DNA of 64,000 nucleotides, taken from the NCBI GenBank assembly GCA_950097015.1, contig CATNEN010000035.1, positions 124,001 to 188,000 of the forward strand, read 5' to 3'. This DNA comes from Macrostomum hystrix. Taxonomy: Eukaryota > Animalia > Platyhelminthes. A model generated the notes under the pieces. That model worked only from the letters and a program-made list of their open reading frames with translations, had not been told where the DNA came from and did not search any database. A program made the position numbers and the translations under genes. This document shows positions 44,705-57,127 of the stretch, in pieces. The stretch's first letter is position 1. Each line of letters begins with the position of its first letter.

Positions 44705-45565
44705 TATCCACTCTCCCTCACTACCTCACTCCCTATCACCCTCAAACCCTATCTCCCTCACTCCCTCTCTACCTCACTCCCTCACTCCCTCTCTACCTCA
44801 CTCCCTCTCTACCTCACTCCCTCACTCCCTCTCTCCCTATCACCCTCAAACCCGATCTCCCTCACTCCCTCTCTACCTCACTCCCTCACTCCCTCTCTAC
44901 CTCACTCCCTCACTCCCTCTCTCCCTATCACCCTCAAACCCGATCTCCCTCACTCCCTCTCTACCTCACTCCCTCACTCCCTCTCTACCTCACTCCCTCT
45001 CTGCCTCAAACCCGATCTCCCTTACTCCCTCTATACCTCACTCCCTCTCTCCGTCACTCCCTCTCTACCTCACTCCCGATCTCCCTCACTCTTGATCTCC
45101 CTCAAACCCGATCTCCCTCAATCCCGATCTCCCTCACTCCCTCTCTCCCTCAAACCCGATCTCCCTCAATCCCGATCTCCCTCACTCCCTCTCTCCCTCA
45201 CTCCCGATCTCCCTCACTCTTGATCTCCCTCACTCCCTCTCTACCTCACTCCCTCAAACCCGATCTCCCTCACTCTTGATCTCCCTCACTCCCTCTCTAC
45301 CTCACTCCCTCAAACCCGATCTCCCTCACTCCCTCTCTCCCTCAAACCTGATCTCCCTCAATCCCGATCTCCCTCACTCCCTCTCTCCCTCACTCCCGAT
45401 CTCCCTCACTCCCTCTCTCCCTCACTCCCGATCTCCCTCACTCCCAATATCACTCACACCTATCTCTCTCCCTCCCTCACTCCCTCTCCCTCACTCCCAA
45501 TCTCACTCTCACTCTATCTCCTCCCTATCTCTCACCATCTCGCTCTCACCTTGCCTATCCCACTT
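44705..45565 (+). repeat. CT-rich degenerate tandem repeat (CCTCACTCCCTCTCT / CCCGATCTCCCTCA modules)
   Basis: Low-complexity pyrimidine tract. Its ORFs are artefacts. Confidence 0.92.
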
Positions 45566-45950
45566 TTAAAAATAATTTTCTATTGCCAGTGTTTACATAT
45601 GTCTTTCCCAAACCGTTCTATTCGCATTTAGATAAACCAAAATAAGTATGTATGTCTGTGTCACCCAGCGTTTTATAATAATTCGCTAAAATGTCTCTCT
45701 CTCTCTCTTGTCAGCTGAACATGGCTGACGCCAGATCTAAAAATATACTTCACAGCCCACCCCCTACGAACTGATAAGGCCAACAGCCCAGAGCAGGGCT
45801 GTGCAGGCATAAATAGCTGTGCCAACTGCTGCATAGCCTTTAGTCACCCAAGCTAGCCAGGCTGTCTCTTCCGCGCACACTTCTGCTTGACTCACTCCAG
45901 AAGTTTTATTTTCTTCAGCGCGCTAACTAGCTCATTCTAGCTGCACGACA

Positions 45951-47179
45951 ATGTCTCTCTATCCGTCACTGGAAGACTACAAAGTGGACTCCATAGTCCG
46001 CGCCCAGGTGCAGCAGCAGCATCAGCAGCACGCTCAGGCTGTGGCTGCTAGCAACGGCCAGGTGGCCCTGTACCCCAGCCTGCAACAGTACATGGGCTTG
46101 GATGTGTCCCAGTGGGCTGCCGCACATGGCGATCTACAGGTGAGCAGCTAGGCCTGTTCTTTTTAGCATTTTTTATGAGATTTAAAATAAAAATTAAGAT
46201 CGGTGAGATTCCGCATGAGATCAGTGAGATTCCAAATGAGATGACAGATTCCGCATGAGATAAGTGAGATTCCCATTGAGATGTGTGAGATTCCGCATGA
46301 GATTGTGAGATTCAGCATGAGATGTGTGAGATTCCGCATGAGATGTGTAAGATTCCGCATGAGATGTGTGAGATTCCGCATGAGATGTGTAAGATTCCGC
46401 ATGAGATGTGTGAGATTCCGCATGAGATGTGTGAGATTCTGCATGAGATCAGTAAGAGTGAATCGCAGCCGGCAGGTAACCAGCTTCATCTTTAGCCTCC
46501 CCAACCACTGCTCATCCCGCAGGTTCGTCATGCGGCCTCTGGCCACGCCCAGATCGCTCCCGTCACCGGCAACTCGGTAGGGCTACGCCGCGCGGAGATT
46601 CGACAGGGCCTGCGGCCCGTGACGCTGTGCAAAGGCGCCGACGGCAAGCTGGGCGTCCGGGTCAAGGCCATCAGCCAGGGCCTGTTCGTGGCCATGGTCT
46701 ACCGCGGCAGCCCCGCCGCCCTCGCCGGCCTTCGCTTCGGCGACCAGATCGTCGAGGTGAACGGCGAGGCCGTCGCCGGCTGGAGCGCCGACCGGGCCGC
46801 GAAGGCCTTCAAAGCCTGCCCGGTGAACGGCATCCAGCTGGCTGTGAGGGACCGGCCATTCGAGCGCACAATCACCGTGCACAAGGACTCGTCTGGTCAC
46901 GTCGGCTTCATCATCAAGGACGCTGCCATCACGGCCCTTGTTGCCGACAGCTCGGCTGCCCGCAACGGCATGCTGACCGACCATCACGTGGTGGAGGTGA
47001 ATGGACAGAATGTTGTCGGCATGAAGGACGACGAGATCGCCAAACTCATGAAGCAGTCGGAGCGCACAGTCACCGTCACCGTCATGCCGACCTTCGTGTA
47101 CAAGCACATCGTCAGCTGCATGGGCAAGAGTCTGGTGCGCAAGTGGATGGACCACTCCGTTGTCGACGAGGACTTCTAG
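45951..47179 (+). CDS. SDCBP: Syntenin-1-like (tandem PDZ), 281 aa, intact; exons 45951-46139, 46523-47179
   Basis: MSLYPSLEDYKVD, second LYPSL, RRAEIRQG, PDZ1 (GKLGV..GSPAALAGLRFGDQI), RDRPFERTIT and PDZ2 (HKDSSGHVGF..DSSAARNG..MDHS). GT-AG intron, phase 0. Confidence 0.95.
46200..46452 (+). repeat. 21-bp minisatellite GAGATTCCGCATGAGATGTGT in the syntenin B intron
   Basis: About 12 units. Confidence 0.92.
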
Positions 47180-48229
47180 ATCTAGCAGTGTGTCTGCGGC
47201 ACTGACTGCCTGAACAGTTCAGACACTTCTATCGCTGACATTTGTTCTACTATAAAGTCGCTTGCAAATATCTGATAATATTATTGTTGCGTCATTGCTT
47301 TTTTCGCTTCTGCTCAGCAATTCAGAGAAGTCTGTTCACCAGATTGGCGGCTAGGCTGTGCAAATAATGGAACCTGAAATCCGCTTTATTTACTTAGTCG
47401 AGTAGCTGCTTCTCTGACCTTGCTGAGTATTCGCATTCTATTATTAAGGAAATATTTATAGTTTCTCTGTTGTGTGTCCGGTAAATATTGTCTTACTTAT
47501 ATTTGATTGTAACTATACTAATAGATAAAAAATATACTATGTAAAGATTTTCTATATTAAGTTCACGTTTCATTCATACGATGCCCTTGCACTTCAAGTT
47601 ATTAGACGATAGTAATAAAAAATATAATAAAACGAGCACTGCTACGATGTGTCTTGATTGAAAGCAAACTAAGCATGTCCATATAAAAATCATGAAGCTA
47701 CTATAAAAGATGTCTGCCTTGGTTCACTTGTTTGGTCCAAGGCTGTTTTGTCTAATTTTCTAACAAATAATTGTCCCTTTCTAGTTTTTTGCACTCTCCG
47801 CATCGCACTACTTACTTACAGTAGTAATAAAATATTTTTAAGGAACATTTAATTTACAAAATTGTCAGCAGTAGTATAGCTGGCATATTTCATTTATTCG
47901 TCGCAAAAAGATATTCAGAATTATTGAAACTATTTTTTCGTTAAAACACGAACAATGCTTACTCCAGATATTCAATTCGAGAAAAATCTTTCTGCCGTTT
48001 TTCAATAGTAGCTAGCTTGGCAAAAAAACGTTTTTTTCGTATTTACGAATAAATAAAAAACTTTTTATCAGTTTTAATTGTTAATTCATCAAAAACTGTT
48101 TTAAAAAAACTGACCCTCGTGTTTGTTTTTTACGCGTAAAAATTGTTCTGAATTTATTACTTACTAATATTTTCTCTCAAACCTTGACACTCATATTTAA
48201 CAGAGGAGAAACGAGACACTGAAGCGAAT

Positions 48230-48485
48230 GAGACGGTAAAGAGATGAGACAGGAGAGAGATGAGACGGTAGAGAGAGATGAGACAGGTAGAGAGAGATAA
48301 GACAGGAGAGAGATAAGACAGGAGAGAGATGAGACAGGTAGAGAGAGATAAGACAGGAGAGAGATAAGACAGGAGAGAGATGAGACAGGGGAGACATGAG
48401 ACAGGTAGAGAGAGATGAGACAGGTAGAGATGAGACAGGAGAGAGATGAGACAGGTAGAGAGAGATAAGACAGGGGAGAGATCTC
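48230..48485 (+). repeat. AG-rich degenerate repeat (GAGACAGGTAGAGAGAGAT)
   Basis: Purine-rich tandem modules. Confidence 0.88.
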
Positions 48486-48959
48486 ACTATCCACAAAACC
48501 TACTTACTATCCAACAAACTTGCTCACTACTTGAGTAAATCGTTTAAATCCAAGAAAATAAGCAGTTCACATCCAGTTACATTCCAAAGAAAAGCATTTT
48601 TATGGAAGGCAGCTTAATGGTTTAAACAGAGTCATGTTCTGGCAATGCAAATAAATTTTTCTGTTCCGAATTCCCCTAGGAGACAAACTTCAGGGTAATA
48701 AAATTCTGATTGATTGACGTGAGCGACTGTAAAATTGAGCATATTTGCAGATTGCATTTTTTATTAAAAAAGTCTTTCTAAACTAATTTTATGATTTTCG
48801 AAAACTTATTTTTCCCTTAGAGAAGTGACTGTCTGTTTGCAAAGATTCCTTGTAAGCTATCGGCTCCTCATCAGAAACTTTATGGAACAATAGTGTGTTT
48901 AGCTTTTAGAGTATATATTAATTTCCTTAGTAAGATAACAAACATTCTGATTATCTAGG

Positions 48960-49332
48960 AGTCCATAATAGAAATCCTCATGATCTAGAAGTCCCTGATA
49001 GATTTTCTCATGATCTAGAAGTCCATGATAGAAATCCTCATGATCTAGAAGTCCCTGATAGATATTCTCATGATCTAGAAGTCCATGATAGAAATCATCA
49101 TGATCTAGAAGTCCCTGATAGATTTTCTCATGATCTAGAAATCCCTGATAGATATTCTCATGATCTAGAAGTCCCTGATAGAAATCCTCATGATCTAGAA
49201 GTCCCTGATAGAAATCCTAGAATGCATTTTCGGTGGATATCTAGCCAGTGATCTAGAAAGCATTTTCGGTGGATATCTAGCCAGTGATCTAGAAAGCATT
49301 TTCGGTAGATATCTAGCCAGTGATCTAGAAAG
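48960..49332 (+). repeat. 30-bp array (CTCATGATCTAGAAGTCCCTGATAGATATT) followed by a 36-bp triplicate (GCATTTTCGGTGGATATCTAGCCAGTGATCTAGAAA)
   Basis: Contiguous tandem units without spacers. Confidence 0.9.
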
Positions 49333-50396
49333 GCCAATTTATGATGTCTGTACGAGTAGTTATGCAGCCTTGTTAGCCATGGTTTTAGCTGAACTAACTA
49401 ACTGCCAATTTGACGCCGCACAGATCTGGCCGTCCTGATTAAAATATATGCTTTTATTAGGATTATTAAAACGCGCAACTGTTCTCCTTGTTTCTATGCT
49501 GCAAATCAGACAGCATGAAACAATCCCGCTGGCTAAGAAGGGAAATAAATTCACAGTTTTACAATCTGCTTTTCACTTTGTAGGCAATCATTTTTTGTTC
49601 GACGCACTACTGTTGCAGCTAGGCCCCGGTGAATTATCGTGCACTTCTGCACAATCTGTGAGGAGTACAGGAAGGATGCGAATTCTTGTTGGCGGCCGGT
49701 TTGTACTTAACATCATTTCCTTAATTCCCAATCTGTCCCCACTTTGGGGCCGCGAACCGAGCGAAACTAGAACCGGAAATTGGTTCTCAGGCAGACAGGC
49801 TGATGGTGGAGCTTGAAATGAAAGCATATCCCACAAGACTTTTCCGCCAGGGCAATCTAAACTAGTAATTCGTGTTGGCAACTTCAAATGTGGCTTGACA
49901 AGCTGCATCGGCGAAAATTATTTTTTTTATTGTCCGAAAATTTGCTAAATTTCCGAGAATCTGAACTTTTTCGGTGTCGGTTAAAAAAAACCCTTGTGGC
50001 CCTTAATGTTTGAGTCTCGTGCTACGGCTGGAAAAGTACAGAACACTGCCTTTTCATAGACACAGCTTAGCATCTATCTTTAAGCTTGAGAACACTGCTC
50101 AAGTGTCTCAAGACAGCAACGCTTGTAACGGTGCTATGCAAACCGACAATAAAAGAAATTTCCACTTTTGGGTACATTGGGTAGCTAAGAAACATCACAA
50201 TGCTGCACCTGCTTGTGACAGTCAAGGAGGTCAAGGTCAAGGCGAGGTCAAGGACGAGGTCTAGCAGATGCCTCTCTACAACGAGAGGTGCAAACGAAGT
50301 GCAAGCACTGCAACCTGTTGTAGCTATGGTGAATATTTTATACACGCTAGGTGTTCCGATGTTGTTTTCATCAAACTGAATTCACTAATCTTGGAA

Positions 50397-50718
50397 AATG
50401 GCAATCATTTGGTGACACTAGACCCGCAGCCAGCGAGGAGGCAATTCTGCCTATTCAGCTGACTCCTGAGCACACACGCACACAGATACTGTACGCAGGC
50501 ACACACTCGCACAGGTGTGTACATCTGCCCTGACTTTCTCATTGTCAGGCAGTGTACACTCTCACTGTGCCTTGGAAGTTGGCCATCAAGGGCGTAAATT
50601 GCACGACAAGCCCCCAAGCCTTCTCTCCGCGGCCCCAAATGAATGTGGCCTCGCCGCGCAATCGAACTTAGGGATTTTGGTGCGAGAGACAAACTCGTAC
50701 CGCTCTGCCACTCACACC
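50397..50718 (-). mobile_element. tRNA-derived SINE, family B, copy lacking the 3' tail
   Basis: Reverse complement is colinear with 29938-30265. Confidence 0.88.
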
Positions 50719-50721
50719 GTG

Positions 50722-51855
50722 AATCTGAAATTCAGAGAATCAGAATTTTGGTAAATCAGAATTTCGGTGAATCAGAATTTCGGTGAATCAGAATTTCTGT
50801 GAATCAGAATTTCGGTGAATCAGAATTTCGGTGAATCAGAATTTCGGTGAATCAGAATTTCGGTGAATCAGAATTTCGGTGCATCAGAATTTCGGTGAAT
50901 CAGAATTTCGCTGAATCTGAATTTCGGTAAATCAGAATTTCGGTAAATCTGAATTTTGGTGAATCAGAATTTCGGTGAATCTGAATATCAGTGAATCAGA
51001 ATTTCGGTGAATCTGAATTTCGGGGAATCTGAATATCAGTGAATCTGAATATCAGTGAATCTGAATTTCGGTGAATCAGAATATCAGTGAATCTGAATAT
51101 CAGTGAATCTGAATTTCGATGAATCAGAATTTCGGTGAATCAGAATTTCGGTGAATCTGAATTTCGGGAAATCTGAATTTCAGTGAATCTGAATTTCGGT
51201 GAATCTGAATTTCGGTGCATCAGAATTTCGGTGAATCTGAATTTCGGTGAATCTGAACTTCGGGGAATCTGAATTTCGGTGAATCTGAATTTCGGTGAAT
51301 CAGAATTTCGGTGAATCTGAATTTCGGTGAATCTGAATTTCGGTGAATCAGAATTTCGGTGAATCTGAATTCGGTGAATCTGAATTTTGGTGAATCAGAA
51401 TTTCGGTGAATCTGAATATCAGTGAATCTGAATATCAGTGAATCAGAATATCAGTGAATCTGAATTTCGATGAATCAGAATTTCGGTGAATCTGAATTTC
51501 AGTGAATCAGAATTCGGTGAATCAGAATTTCGATGAATCTGAATTTCGGGGAATCTGAATTTCAGTGAATCTGAATTTCGGTGAATCAGAATTTCGGTGA
51601 ATCTGAATTTCGGTGAATGAGAATTTTAGTGAATCTGAATTTCGGTGAATCTGAATTTCGGTGAATCTGAATTTTGGTGAATCTGAATTTCGGTGCATCA
51701 GAATTTCGGTGAATGAGAATTTTAGTGAATCTGAATATTACTGAATCAGAATTTCGGTCAATCTGAATTTCGGGGAATCTGAAATTCAGTGAATCAGAAT
51801 TTCGGTGAATCAGAATTTCGGTGAATCAGAATTTCGGTGAATCAGAATTTCAAAT
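50722..51855 (+). repeat. 16-bp minisatellite GAATC(A/T)GAATTTCGGT
   Basis: About 70 units, starting immediately beside the SINE head. Confidence 0.96.
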
Positions 51856-52354
51856 TCTGATTCCAAAAATTTAGAAAAATATTAAGATTTGAAAATGGAA
51901 CGGAACGAGAGCATGCAATGAATAGAGACCATATTTTACAACTTCCATGAGGTTGTAGCAATTCGGCTTTTGAATTTTTTGAGTTGTAATTACACGGCGA
52001 CAGTGGGACAGGCATTTTATGATTTCAGTTTCATCCGTTTCAGGCGAGCATGAAATTCTCGATGGAATGACTCAGTTTGACAATAAAAGCTAAGTGGACT
52101 AGTCTCCTGCCTATTAAGGCCTGGTTTGCGCAAATAAGCCATTCATATTACTCGCATTTTCTATTAACCTTCAAGATTAAATTTCCATTTTACTCAATAG
52201 CAAATTAAATTCTGTCATTCAAGTTAATTCTTTGCGTCATTTTTTAGTCATTCGATGACTATTGTCCATTAGCAGCAGCTGATGCTAGCAAGCTGCCACG
52301 CCCAAGATACCGCGACATTCTTTATTTGGCCCGTAGCAGAAACCATTCGATTCA

Positions 52355-54445
52355 ACTGCGATTCTAGCTACGATTCCTGTTGAGATTCTAGCTACGATTC
52401 CTGCTGAGTTTCTCGTCAAAGATTTTACTGGGATTCTAGCTACGATTCCTGTTGAGATTCTAGCTACGATTCCTGTTGAGATTCTAGCTATGATTCCTGC
52501 TGCGATTCTAGCCACGATTCCTGTTGAGATTCTAGCTACGTTTCCTGTTGATAGTCTAAGCTACGATTCCTGCTGTGAATTCTAGCTACGATTCCTGCTG
52601 AGTTTCTCGTCAAAGGTTTTACTGGGATTCTAGCTATGACTCCTGCTGCGATTCTAGCTACGATTCCTGTTGAGATTCTAGCTACGATTCCTGTTGAGAT
52701 TCTAAGCTACAATTCCTGCTGCGATTCTAGCTACGATTCCTGTTGAGATTCTAGCTACGTTTCCTGCTGATATTCTAAGCTACGATTCCTGCTGTGAATT
52801 CTAGCTACGATTCCTGCTGAGTTTCTCGTCAAAGGTTTTACTGGGATTCTAGCTATGACTCCTGCTGCGATTCTAGCTACGATTCCTGTTGAGATTCTAG
52901 CTACGATTCCTGTTGAGATTCTAGCTACGATTCCTGCTGAGTTTCTCGTCAAAGGTTTTACTGGGATTCTAGCTATGACTCCTGCTGCGATTCTAGCTAC
53001 GATTCCTGTTGAGATTCTAGCTACGATTCCTGTTGAGATTCTAGCTACGATTATTGTTGAGATTCTAGCTACGATTATTGTTGAGATTCTAGCTACGATT
53101 CCTGCTGAGTTTCTCGTCAAAGATTTTACTGGGATTCTAGCTATGATTCCTGTTGAGATTCTAGCTACGATTCCTGTTGTAATTCTAGCTATGATTCCTG
53201 CTGCGATTCTAGCTACGATTCCTGTTGAGATTCTAGCTACGATTATTGTTGAGATTCTAGCTACGATTCCTGCTGCGATTCTAGCTACGATTCCTGTTGA
53301 GATTCTAGCTACGATTCCTGTTGAGATTCTAGCTACGATTATTGTTGAGATTCTAGCTACGATTCCTGCTGCGATTCTAGCTACGATTCCTGTTGAGATT
53401 CTAGCTACGTTTCCTGTTGAATTCTAGCTACGATTCCTGTTGAGATTCTAGCTACGTTTCCTACTGATATTCTAAGCTACGATTCCTGCTGTCAATTCTA
53501 GCTACGATTCCTGCTGAGTTTCTCGTCAAAGGTTTTACTGGGATTCTAGCTATGACTCCTGCTGCGATTCTAGCTACGATTCCTGTTGAGATTCTAGCTA
53601 CGATTCCTGTTGAGATTCTAAGCTACAATTCCTGCTGCGATTCTAGCTACGATTCCTGTTGAGATTCTAGCTACGTTTCCTGCTGATATTCTAAGCTACG
53701 ATTCCTGCTGTGAATTCTAGCTACGATTCCTGCTGAGTTTCTCGTCAAAGGTTTTACTGGGATTCTAGCTATGACTCCTGCTGCGATTCTAGCTACGATT
53801 CCTGTTGAGATTCTAGCTACGATTCCTGTTGAGATTCTAGCTACGATTCCTGCTGAGTTTCTCGTCAAAGGTTTTACTGGGATTCTAGCTATGATTCCTG
53901 TTGAGATTCTAGCTACGATTCCTGTTGTAATTCTAGCTATGATTCCTGCTGCGATTCTAGCTACGATTCCTGTTGAGATTCTAGCTACGATTATTGTTGA
54001 GATTCTAGCTACGATTCCTGCTGCGATTCTAGCTACGATTCCTGTTGAGATTCTAGCTACGTTTCCTGTTGAGATTTTAAGCTACGATTCCTGTTGTAAT
54101 TCTAGCTACGATTCCTGCTGTGATTCTAGCTACGTTTCCTGCTTATATTCTAACTATGATTCTTGCTGAGATTCTAAGCTACGATTCCTGCTGCTATTCT
54201 AGCTACTTTTCCTGCTGCGATTCTAAGCTGCGATTCCTGCTGCTATTCTAGCTACGTTTCCTGCTTATATTCTTGTTACGATTCCTGCTGCGATTCTAAG
54301 CTACGATTCCTGCTGCGATTCTAAGCTGCGATTCCTGCTGCGATTCTAAGCTGCGATTCCTGCTGCTATTCTAGCTACGTTTCCTGCTGCGATTCTAAGC
54401 TACGATTCCTGCTGCGATTCTAACGACGATTGCAGCTGCGATTCT
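52355..54445 (+). repeat. 24-bp minisatellite GCTACGATTCCTG(TTGA/CTGC)GATTCTA with higher-order blocks
   Basis: 24-bp period with interspersed GAGTTTCTCGTCAAAGGTTTTACTGGG modules and a 916-bp block duplication. Confidence 0.96.
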
Positions 54446-54979
54446 TTCCTGAGCTACGGACTACAAATATATTATCTGTTATGCTTTTTTAATGAAGCAA
54501 AGGCATTTATATTACCAGCGATCCGTATTTAACGTTTTTATTTAATTCACAACAAATGTGTGCAATTTGCATATTTTCCAAACCAAATTACCAAAAAATT
54601 GCATAGTTCAATATAAATTAACACGCATGTTGTCATTTAAATCACATTACACAAAAATATATGTAGGACAATAAGTAGAGAACAGAATACAAGCTGATAG
54701 AGACTTAAGTAATAGAAGCCATTCGCACACGACAACAAACCTCTTCAGTTTCTGAGGGGATCGTGGGGCAACGCGTTCTGTTTGAGTGCAACAACAAAAA
54801 GGACCAATTGCAGATCGGCTTCACAACAGAGCGAATTTGAGGCGACAGAAAAATATGGTTCAGTTTAGCGCACGCGCGGGAGTAAGTGGCAACACTTTTG
54901 GTCCGTAAGAGTTGAAAAAAGTGCGTAAAATATTTTCACCTGCTTAGGCTCTATTCCTAGTTGAAACTCCAATCCCTCT

Positions 54980-55205
54980 CAGCCAATCAGAACCATCGTC
55001 TTCGTCTACGTGTCCCAGCCAATCCGCTCTTTTCGTCGCCTAAATATCCAACCAATCAGCTCTCTTCGTCGCTTACATGCCCCAGCCAATCAGCTCTCTT
55101 GGTCGCCTAAATGTCCCATCCAATCCGCTCTCTTCGTAGCCTAAATATCCAGCCAATCAGCTCTCTTCGTCGCTTACATGCCCCAGCCAATCAGCTCTCT
55201 TCGTA
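54980..55205 (+). repeat. 33-36-bp tandem repeat, each unit carrying a CCAAT box (CAGCCAATCAGCTCTCTTCGTCG...)
   Basis: CCAAT at 54983, 55019, 55052, 55086, 55120, 55153 and 55187. Confidence 0.88.
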
Positions 55206-55251
55206 GCGTTTTTTGTATAAATCAGCTTTGTTATCAATATTTCCTAGCCAA

Positions 55252-56697
55252 TCAGCGCTGCAAGCCAGTAGAGGACGCATTGAAACCAGTCTGTCGTCGG
55301 TGACTTCCACAGCCTCCTCCGCCAGTATCGCCGACGCCGCTAATTCCGCTGACGCCGCCGCCAGTGGTGCCTCGTCGGCCGCCGTGTCCGCCGTGGCAGA
55401 AAATTCTTCGCAGATCGTCGCGAAAGTTCTGATTCATAAAGCAGTAGATCAGGGGGTTGGTGGCGTGGGTCAGGTAGTACAGGTAGAACACTACCATGTG
55501 AAAGTCGACTAAATTTTGCGACATTAGCGCGGCCGGCACGAAGGTGCAAACGAACACGATAGTGACCACGAACAGCATCGCCGCGGTCTTCAGGTTCTGC
55601 AGAGTGTCGCTGTCCTTGGCCAACCGGAGCGACTTGCGCCGCTTTTTCAACAGCTCCGTAGCCGAGGAGGCTTCAACGGACGCGGCTGCGCCAGCGGCTG
55701 CTACGCTGGGATCGACTGGCAAGACTTCATCGCCATCCCCGCCGCCGCCACCGCCTCCGCCGCCGTCGCCATTCTCTTGAGTCTCTTCCTGGCTGGTTTC
55801 AGCGAAGCGTGCAGTTCTCCGGTTGTCACCGGCTTCTCCAGCTCGCCGGACTGATTCTGTGGCGGCCGTCGAGTTCAGAAGCCGCCGGTCCTGCATCTCG
55901 TTGTCTTCGGACTGTCTCTGCTGCCTGCTCGGCTGTCGCTGGCCCTTCAACTCGCGCCGCTTACGCCGCATGGCCAGCACGGAGCGGTAGATGCTGATGT
56001 ACAGCACGAACACCACCAGAATGCACACGCAGAATAACGACACGTGCACCTTTTGAAACACGTGAAAGAATGCCAGGCTGGCATCCGAGATGTTCAGCTC
56101 CGATGATGAGTTCAAGCTCTTCATATCGTTGATCTCCTTGCAGAAGCCGTAATCAGCGTACTGCCAGGTCTGGTTCGGCCCGAATTGGTCCACAACTCCG
56201 CTGCAGAATGCGGAAGTGGTCAGGCCGAGGGTGAGAGCCAGACTGCCCAGAGCTAGGACAATGGCGCGCGCTCTCGGAATTGTGATGGCCCTCAGGAACG
56301 GCCGGCAGATGCAAAAGTACCGATCCACAGCAATGGCCGTCATCAGCATGCAGCTGAATGGGAATTCGCTTGCGTTCAACAGATAATAAAGCTTGCAGAA
56401 GAAGAAATTGGTCCGGAATCGAACCGCTTCCATGCCGATGGTCATTGGAATCACCAGAGCGCAGGCGACCGTGTCATTGATGGCCAGCGACAAGATGAAA
56501 ATGTTTGCCGTCTGTCTGTCTCTCTTCTTGGAATAGACGTACAGGACCACACAGTTGCCGACTGCGCCGATCACAATGATGCTGGACATCACAGCGAAGG
56601 CGATGTTGGTCTGCTCCGGTGGCACACCGGTCAGTGGTAGCAGCTCAGCCTCCGAGCCTCCGGGTTCCTGCGACTGCGCCACACTCTCAGCTGCCAT
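55252..56697 (-). CDS. Class A (rhodopsin-like) GPCR, probable peptide receptor, single coding exon, 481 aa from the first ATG
   Basis: Seven hydrophobic segments: GN (TM1), LAIND (TM2), C..DRY (TM3), long ICL3, LKTAAMLF..FVP (TM6) and NPLIY (TM7). The track's upstream start at 56817 lies in SINE sequence. Confidence 0.92.
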   Translation of the reverse strand: MAAESVAQSQEPGGSEAELLPLTGVPPEQTNIAFAVMSSIIVIGAVGNCVVLYVYSKKRDRQTANIFILSLAINDTVACALVIPMTIGMEAVRFRTNFFFCKLYYLLNASEFPFSCMLMTAIAVDRYFCICRPFLRAITIPRARAIVLALGSLALTLGLTTSAFCSGVVDQFGPNQTWQYADYGFCKEINDMKSLNSSSELNISDASLAFFHVFQKVHVSLFCVCILVVFVLYISIYRSVLAMRRKRRELKGQRQPSRQQRQSEDNEMQDRRLLNSTAATESVRRAGEAGDNRRTARFAETSQEETQENGDGGGGGGGGGDGDEVLPVDPSVAAAGAAASVEASSATELLKKRRKSLRLAKDSDTLQNLKTAAMLFVVTIVFVCTFVPAALMSQNLVDFHMVVFYLYYLTHATNPLIYCFMNQNFRDDLRRIFCHGGHGGRRGTTGGGVSGISGVGDTGGGGCGSHRRQTGFNASSTGLQR

Positions 56698-56804
56698 CTG
56701 GGATGGTTGAATGGATCGGAGTTGATTTTGTCCAATAGTGGGAATTATAATTTGAATTATTTCTGGTCGAAATTGAGCATCATTGTTACTTTTGGCTGCC
56801 AAAG

Positions 56805-57094
56805 ATCTCGGCGTCAAGGTCCCTAAGCTCGATTCCGCGGCGAGGCCGCATTCATTTAAGGCGCAGCCGCGTAGAGAAGGCTTGGGGGCTTGTCGTGCAA
56901 TTTACGCCCTTGAGTGCCAGCCTCCGAGGCACAGTGAGAGTGTACACTGCCTGACGATGAGAAAGTCAGGGCAGATGTACACACCTGTGTGAGCGTGTGG
57001 CTGCGTACGGTATCTGTGTGCGTGTGTGCTCAGGAGTCAGCAAATGATGTGCCATTGCCCGAAGCCCTCCTGCAATTATTATAATAATATTATT
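56805..57094 (+). mobile_element. tRNA-derived SINE, family B, 5'-eroded copy with a ~45-bp internal deletion
   Basis: Colinear with 29970-30289 and has an ATT-rich tail. Confidence 0.87.
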
Positions 57095-57127
57095 GCTTCA
57101 GCTTGTGAAGAAATTTTTGTTTATATT

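Noticed and set aside
49360-50462. Cluster of 60-122-aa ORFs on both strands
   Set aside because: No recognisable domains, consistent splice signals or coding-like GC bias as seen in the true exons.
56698-56817. Track start of the GPCR at 56817 (MTPRSLAAK..)
   Set aside because: It is a non-ATG codon within the antisense SINE. The first ATG is at 56697.
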